Source: a virus
Taxonomy: Duplodnaviria; Heunggongvirae; Uroviricota; Caudoviricetes
DNA: 61,012 nucleotides
Direction: 5' to 3' (one strand)
IMG/VR virus record: IMGVR_UViG_3300010367_000056
Span: 64,001 to 125,012 of that record
This document shows positions 56,897 through 61,012 of this stretch, in pieces (within the stretch, counting starts at the first letter, position 1; each line of letters opens with the position of its first letter). The position numbers and the translations under genes were made by a program. A model generated the notes under the pieces. It was not told the origin of the DNA and made no database searches. It saw only the letters and a program-made list of their open reading frames with translations.

Positions 56897-57028
56897 CTAA
56901 AAAACTGAAAGGTCATAGTTACCTTTCATTTTCTTATGAGAGATTCTTCTAGCTTTTGGAAAACTTGATTTCTCTTTTGGCTTAGTTTTCCTTTCTTCTT
57001 TTCTTATTGCTTTTCTTAACTTTCTCAT
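56897..57028 (-). CDS. 43-aa very basic microprotein (not in ORF track)
   Basis: MRKLRKAIRKEERKTKPKEKSSFPKARRISHKKMKGNYDLSVF*; fills the gap exactly. Confidence 0.6.
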   Translation of the reverse strand: MRKLRKAIRKEERKTKPKEKSSFPKARRISHKKMKGNYDLSVF

Positions 57029-57033
57029 AACAA

Positions 57034-57702
57034 TTATTTAAAATATGATTGCCAGTATTCTTCTGTATCAATGTCCATGATAGTTAAAGGGCCTCCTTTA
57101 CCAGATCCTGTGTCTACATTTATAATTCTTCCTGCTTTTATTGGAGTTAATTCATCCCAATAAATAGTAGGAGTATGACCTATAAAAATCTTCTTAAAAT
57201 CATATAAAGAATTAGTATCCTTACTTCTGTCTTTCATAGCTTCTTGGATCATTTCTCTGTCCCAAGCAAACTCTTCATCAGAAATATCATCTAATTTTTC
57301 CATTAAAGGTAAACCTCCATGAGTAAAAATAATATTATCACTAGAGAGATGATATGGAACCATTCTATTGAATATATTACTCTTATAGGATTCTTTCTCC
57401 TCGGAATTAAGACTATTCCATCTCCCAATAGTAGTATGTGTGCCATTAGATGTATAACCGCCAAGAAAATTTTTATTACTCCTATAATATTCCATGAAAT
57501 TTGCATCATGATTTCCTTTTATAAGAATTAAGTTTTTGATTTTCAATAACTCATCCATACATTTAAATGGATCTACACCTCTATCACAGATATCTCCAAT
57601 CTGAATAAGAAGATCATTTTCATAGTCAAATTTGGATTTTTTGAGAACATCCATGAGGTAGTCATACTCCCCATGAATGTCTCCCATTACTAATCTTCTC
57701 AT
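57034..57702 (-). CDS. PPP-family Ser/Thr phosphatase / ApaH-like metallophosphoesterase
   Basis: GDIHG, GDICDRG, KGNHD, FTHGG, GHTP, NVDTG. Confidence 0.9.
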   Translation of the reverse strand: MRRLVMGDIHGEYDYLMDVLKKSKFDYENDLLIQIGDICDRGVDPFKCMDELLKIKNLILIKGNHDANFMEYYRSNKNFLGGYTSNGTHTTIGRWNSLNSEEKESYKSNIFNRMVPYHLSSDNIIFTHGGLPLMEKLDDISDEEFAWDREMIQEAMKDRSKDTNSLYDFKKIFIGHTPTIYWDELTPIKAGRIINVDTGSGKGGPLTIMDIDTEEYWQSYFK

Positions 57703-58028
57703 ACTAATAATTTATTTATAAATGCCATTTTAGCATCTACAGCTTCTTGAAGAGTGTCATATTGTCCATAGTGAACAGTCTTTTTGCCAAAAGGTAGTGC
57801 AAATTTGAATTTTCTATCTCTTGTATTTATAGAAATACATTTAGGTAATAACCAAGAGTTCTTAGAATAAAAATCAAAGCAATAATCATTCAAAATCTTT
57901 CTGGCTTTTTCTTCATCTTTATCATTACCTAAAAGTATTCTAGTTTGATTTATAGGATTCCAAAATTGAGCTTGAAATGTTAATCCAGTGTTACATACAC
58001 TACCATAACTTGCATTTCTCGTATTCAT
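57699..58028 (-). CDS. stand-alone tandem AP2-like DNA-binding protein
   Basis: FQAQF..ILLG..DEEKARK and FKFALPFGKKTVHYGQYDTLQEAVDAK; no HNH core. Confidence 0.55.
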   Translation of the reverse strand: MNTRNASYGSVCNTGLTFQAQFWNPINQTRILLGNDKDEEKARKILNDYCFDFYSKNSWLLPKCISINTRDRKFKFALPFGKKTVHYGQYDTLQEAVDAKMAFINKLLV

Positions 58029-58029
58029 T

Positions 58030-58365
58030 CTAAAACTTCATTTTAAAAGTTCTTCTTTGATTTATTGGAATTCCAGCTTTAATTTGTTTAACAATTTCTT
58101 GATGACCTTTTACAGCTTTATCCCAACTATCATATCTCCACTGAAATTCACTAAAATCTGGATTAGATCCAAATGTCATAGTTTCAAATAAAACTGGTTT
58201 ATCAGTAACTCCAAAACTATGATCTAATCCTAAAAATACAGTAGAAACTGTTGTGTCCTTAACTTCATCAATACCTACTCTTTTAATAGTTTGCATTTCT
58301 GTGGCCCATTGATTAAAGTCTTCTATTTTCACAGGATTGTGATCTTTATCAAGTATATAATACAT
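58030..58365 (-). CDS. conserved phage hypothetical protein
   Basis: VSTVFLGLDH..PVLFETMTFG..RYDSWDKAVKGH pattern that I recognise from many phages; function unknown. Confidence 0.7.
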   Translation of the reverse strand: MYYILDKDHNPVKIEDFNQWATEMQTIKRVGIDEVKDTTVSTVFLGLDHSFGVTDKPVLFETMTFGSNPDFSEFQWRYDSWDKAVKGHQEIVKQIKAGIPINQRRTFKMKF

Positions 58366-58594
58366 TATATGTATTTTTCATTAAATTCCAAAAACCTGTG
58401 ACTTGATCATTACTATACATCCACTTATAAAGTGATACATGTCCAGTAATATAAGTACAATAACATATAATTGAACCTTCATTTATTAAATATGTAACTT
58501 TATAGTTTTTTCTATCCTCTAAATGAATTTCTGGAATATGATATGTATTAAGAATATCAAGTCCATTTCCATGTTTTTTCTTAATCTTAAACAT
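58349..58594 (-). CDS. MFKI-family small protein 1
   Basis: 81 aa; PEI..NYKVTY..GSI..TGFW shared with the next gene. Confidence 0.65.
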   Translation of the reverse strand: MFKIKKKHGNGLDILNTYHIPEIHLEDRKNYKVTYLINEGSIICYCTYITGHVSLYKWMYSNDQVTGFWNLMKNTYNVLYT

Positions 58595-58597
58595 CTT

Positions 58598-58840
58598 TTA
58601 AAGATTAGTAGTATTAAGAAATTTCCAGTATTCTCCAGTATATTTATAATGCTGAATTTGAGTATATCTATTCTTATCATTATTAAAAATCCAATATTCA
58701 GCAGTTATATCACCATTATTCCATTTTCTATATTGAACTTTATAATTTGTTCCTGAAGAAAAAATATTAGGTTTGAGTTCTGGTACATCATCTGGAAGAA
58801 ATACTGATTTTACTGATTTCTTTTTATGGATTTTAAACAT
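58598..58840 (-). CDS. MFKI-family small protein 2
   Basis: 80 aa; PEL..NYKVQY..NGDI..YKYTGEYWKF. Confidence 0.65.
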   Translation of the reverse strand: MFKIHKKKSVKSVFLPDDVPELKPNIFSSGTNYKVQYRKWNNGDITAEYWIFNNDKNRYTQIQHYKYTGEYWKFLNTTNL

Positions 58841-58841
58841 A

Positions 58842-59099
58842 CTAAGTAGTTAAAATTCTTTTACTTGCTATATAAGTATCCCAACTAATTTTTTTATCAA
58901 AAATCCAATCTTTATTTGATAAAGAATAGTGATAGGTATCCACTTCAGGTTTAAGTTGCCCCTTATTATAGACAAACATTGTAAATTCTGTGACTTTATC
59001 TATAACTTTATCTTTATTTTGCCAACCTATGAGAGGTAAACCACCTTCATATATTATTGTATCATTAAGTTGAACTTTTTTTATTGATATCTTGAACAT
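58842..59099 (-). CDS. MFKI-family small protein 3
   Basis: 85 aa; NKGQL..YHYSLSNKDWIF. Confidence 0.65.
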   Translation of the reverse strand: MFKISIKKVQLNDTIIYEGGLPLIGWQNKDKVIDKVTEFTMFVYNKGQLKPEVDTYHYSLSNKDWIFDKKISWDTYIASKRILTT

Positions 59100-59100
59100 A

Positions 59101-59415
59101 TTAAACTTTTAGCTGTTTTGCTTCTTCTGGTGTATAGAAGATTATAATATCTTCATATGATAACTCCTGTAAACTAAATATAGGAGTTTCTCTATAATTG
59201 TCTTTATTATTATACAAAAGAGGAACAGCTTTTTCACCAGTAACATAGTACGGTGTATAAATGTGTTTTCCAGGATAATGAAAGTTGGTATAAACTACTT
59301 TTCCTTCATTATCTTTAAATTTAAAGCTATTACTAGTCATAAAATTCTTATAACTAGTAATTTCATCTTTATTTTTAGGAACAACATTTATCTGAAAATT
59401 TGGTGTTGTTGACAT
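59101..59415 (-). CDS. hypothetical protein
   Basis: 104 aa, coupled. Confidence 0.6.
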   Translation of the reverse strand: MSTTPNFQINVVPKNKDEITSYKNFMTSNSFKFKDNEGKVVYTNFHYPGKHIYTPYYVTGEKAVPLLYNNKDNYRETPIFSLQELSYEDIIIFYTPEEAKQLKV

Positions 59416-60050
59416 TATTTGGGTCTTTTACCAGTGTTTGTACTAGGATCATGATGATCAGATAATTGTATTTCTCTCTTACTCATTGTCTTAGATATAT
59501 AATCAAGAGAAAATGGTACAGGAAATCCAAACTCTCTAATAGCTACATCTACTCCTACATCCATAGATTTACCAAATGGTGGTAATGATCCATGAGAATG
59601 TCCATATAAATGTATCCATCCTTTATGACTTCCGTGCCATACTCTCATACCATAATGACTAAGAACTATGACTCCAGCAGAAGTTTTTACTTCTTTATAG
59701 TGAGATACAGTAGTAAATAAATCTTCAGTACATCTAAAAGCTCCATTACAGTCAATATCTTTATTCTCTTCTATATGGTGATCATGATTACCTAGAATTA
59801 GATGAATATTTTGACAATGAATTTGACTTCTAAATTTCCAAATGTTCTCTATACCACCAAAACTCCAATCACCAAGATGATAAAGAGTATCATCAGCTTG
59901 TACAACTGTATTGATACTCTTAACCAAATCTTGGTTCATTTCATCCAAAGACCCATATGGTCGCCAACCTGATTTCCATTGACTACCCTTTTCACAAGCT
60001 ATATTCTTGTGACCAAAATGTGTGTCTGAGGTGAAATAAATATTACTCAT
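59415..60050 (-). CDS. calcineurin-like phosphoesterase (AQ1575-like phage subfamily)
   Basis: TSDTHFGHKNI, LGDWSFG, LGNHD, LSHY, LYGHSHG, MDVGVD. Confidence 0.9.
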   Translation of the reverse strand: MSNIYFTSDTHFGHKNIACEKGSQWKSGWRPYGSLDEMNQDLVKSINTVVQADDTLYHLGDWSFGGIENIWKFRSQIHCQNIHLILGNHDHHIEENKDIDCNGAFRCTEDLFTTVSHYKEVKTSAGVIVLSHYGMRVWHGSHKGWIHLYGHSHGSLPPFGKSMDVGVDVAIREFGFPVPFSLDYISKTMSKREIQLSDHHDPSTNTGKRPK

Positions 60051-60315
60051 CGCCTGCTTCTTCTTTTAATTCTTCAATAAAATCTTGAAGATCTTGAGCA
60101 GAAACTTCAGTATCTGAAGCTTGATAGGCATCAAAATCTTCACCACTACCTTTTATTACATACTCAATAAGACCATTTTCCAGATGAGCTTCATAAGCCT
60201 CTTTCAGATTCGATTTTGAAAGTGCTTTACCAGTAGCAGCACTAATAATAGTAGCTCCACATAATGCCATAAATTTGGCTAAATCAGTTCTCTTTAATGT
60301 GATTGTATCACCCAT
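60043..60315 (-). CDS. small acidic hypothetical protein
   Basis: 90 aa with acidic C-terminus. Confidence 0.6.
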   Translation of the reverse strand: MGDTITLKRTDLAKFMALCGATIISAATGKALSKSNLKEAYEAHLENGLIEYVIKGSGEDFDAYQASDTEVSAQDLQDFIEELKEEAGDE

Positions 60316-60325
60316 TGTTAAAATT

Positions 60326-60565
60326 TTAATTATTAATACCTTCTGTTTCTTCGTTATAAATTCTTACAAATTCTTGAGCATAAGTTTCTTTCTTAGGATT
60401 TTCTTGTTCTTTTCCTTCAAAAAGATTAATAGCTCTTTGTATTTCTGTCTTGGTTTTAGATAAAATTTTGCCATTAAGATCATAACCCATATTCTGAGCA
60501 AATGCTTTAATAGAAACAGCAATAACTTTGGCTAATTCATCATCTGTTAATAAATGACTACTCAT
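60326..60565 (-). CDS. hypothetical protein
   Basis: Start reassigned to MSSHLL (60565), overlapping the upstream stop. Confidence 0.55.
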   Translation of the reverse strand: MSSHLLTDDELAKVIAVSIKAFAQNMGYDLNGKILSKTKTEIQRAINLFEGKEQENPKKETYAQEFVRIYNEETEGINN

Positions 60566-60749
60566 TATCAAATTTGTTAAAAAATTCAGGAAATTGATCT
60601 GCTGTACTACCAGCAATTATGACAATTGGTTGATTCTTTAGTTTCAACTCATAATATTTCTTTGTTTCATTCCAGTGAAATATTGAACCTGGAAGAACTT
60701 CCCTTCCACTTTTAAAGTGAACAGGAATTTCAAGTCTTAACTTAGTCAT
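60558..60749 (-). CDS. hypothetical protein
   Basis: 63 aa, coupled. Confidence 0.55.
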   Translation of the reverse strand: MTKLRLEIPVHFKSGREVLPGSIFHWNETKKYYELKLKNQPIVIIAGSTADQFPEFFNKFDNE

Positions 60750-61011
60750 TTACACTAGCTTTTTTGACTTTATCTTGAAGATCTTTTGCTCTCTGCTCAG
60801 CTTCTGCAATAATTACAGTATAATCTCTATTGAGATTTTCAATTAACTGTCTGTCTCTCATTTCTTCAATAGTTTTTTCAGTTAATTTCTCTACTGTAAT
60901 AGGAGGAAGAGCTTTACCTGAATTTACTGTAAAGTAAATACAAAGATGATTAGATAGTAATCTAGCTAATTCTTTCTCTGTAAAGGTATAAGTTCTTTCT
61001 GCTTTAAACTT
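60742..61011 (-). CDS. 5'-truncated hypothetical protein (not in ORF track)
   Basis: Open from the window edge: KFKAERTYTFTEKELARLL...KVKKASVND*. Confidence 0.55.
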   Translation of the reverse strand, partial: KFKAERTYTFTEKELARLLSNHLCIYFTVNSGKALPPITVEKLTEKTIEEMRDRQLIENLNRDYTVIIAEAEQRAKDLQDKVKKASVND

Positions 61012-61012
61012 A

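Larger units (their letters stand above)
1..61012. mobile_element. crAss-like bacteriophage genome segment (virion/lysis module convergent with recombination/nucleotide-metabolism module)
   Basis: Gene order IHF-like / tail tubular / tail stabilization / cargo / giant virion proteins with a DFDxD RNAP matches the crAss-like structural block as I recall it; lysozyme, holin-like genes, thyX and RNR present; no host housekeeping operons. Confidence 0.9.

Noticed and set aside
1722-60463. Antisense or nested ORFs in the track (e.g. 1722-1952, 6299-6544, 10030-10482, 16483-16737, 26458-26790, 36971-37264, 50057-50440, 52129-52329, 57303-57531, 58523-58756, 60275-60463)
   Set aside because: They lie inside or opposite well-supported genes and have the Phe/Ile/Ser/Leu-rich composition of shadow frames.
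1-61012. Stop-codon reassignment (known in some crAss-like phages)
   Set aside because: ORFs up to 2921 aa are intact in the standard code, and TAA, TAG and TGA all end genes at tight junctions.
1-61012. tRNA genes, CRISPR arrays, introns or inteins (checked recA, nrdJ, RNAP)
   Set aside because: No cloverleaf or T-loop motif in the few intergenic gaps, no repeat-spacer array, and recA and nrdJ are normal length with contiguous motifs.

Overview
A 61-kb, AT-rich slice of a crAss-like (Crassvirales or close relative) bacteriophage genome. The host is most likely a Bacteroidota: genes are packed with TAATG/ATGA overlaps, there are no Shine-Dalgarno motifs, and TAnnTTTG -7 promoter boxes sit in intergenic gaps. 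The + strand (1-49173) is the virion/late module: ring/IHF-like/tail tubular genes, a 1780-aa tail stabilization (muzzle) protein, a 1520-aa multi-muramidase cargo protein, then four giant virion proteins. These include one with an SF1 helicase, the single-chain virion RNA polymerase (DFDVD) with an N-terminal zincin, and one with a zincin plus a PD-(D/E)xK nuclease. A lysis cassette (holin-like proteins, spanin-like protein, GH24 lysozyme) follows, then three paralogous Cys-anchored tail fibres with a subtilisin protease embedded among them. The - strand (49253-61012) converges on a strong terminator and carries an HNH nuclease, recA, a MazG-like protein, thyX, class II RNR, three calcineurin-like phosphoesterases and many small genes, several starting with MFKI. 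The standard genetic code fits throughout; I saw no tRNA, CRISPR array, integrase, reverse transcriptase or intein. Most striking observations: (i) a Y/F/M-x-x-G-G motif punctuating every module of the cargo protein; (ii) a subtilase in the fibre cluster; (iii) a T4-gene-e-like hairpin with an internal promoter gating the lysis cassette; (iv) a 19-bp palindrome upstream of recA; (v) apparent total avoidance of GGWCC, with all 28 Gly-Pro pairs found using GGC/GGG; (vi) a family of small proteins starting with MFKI. All functional calls come from motif recognition by eye; no database searches were run.
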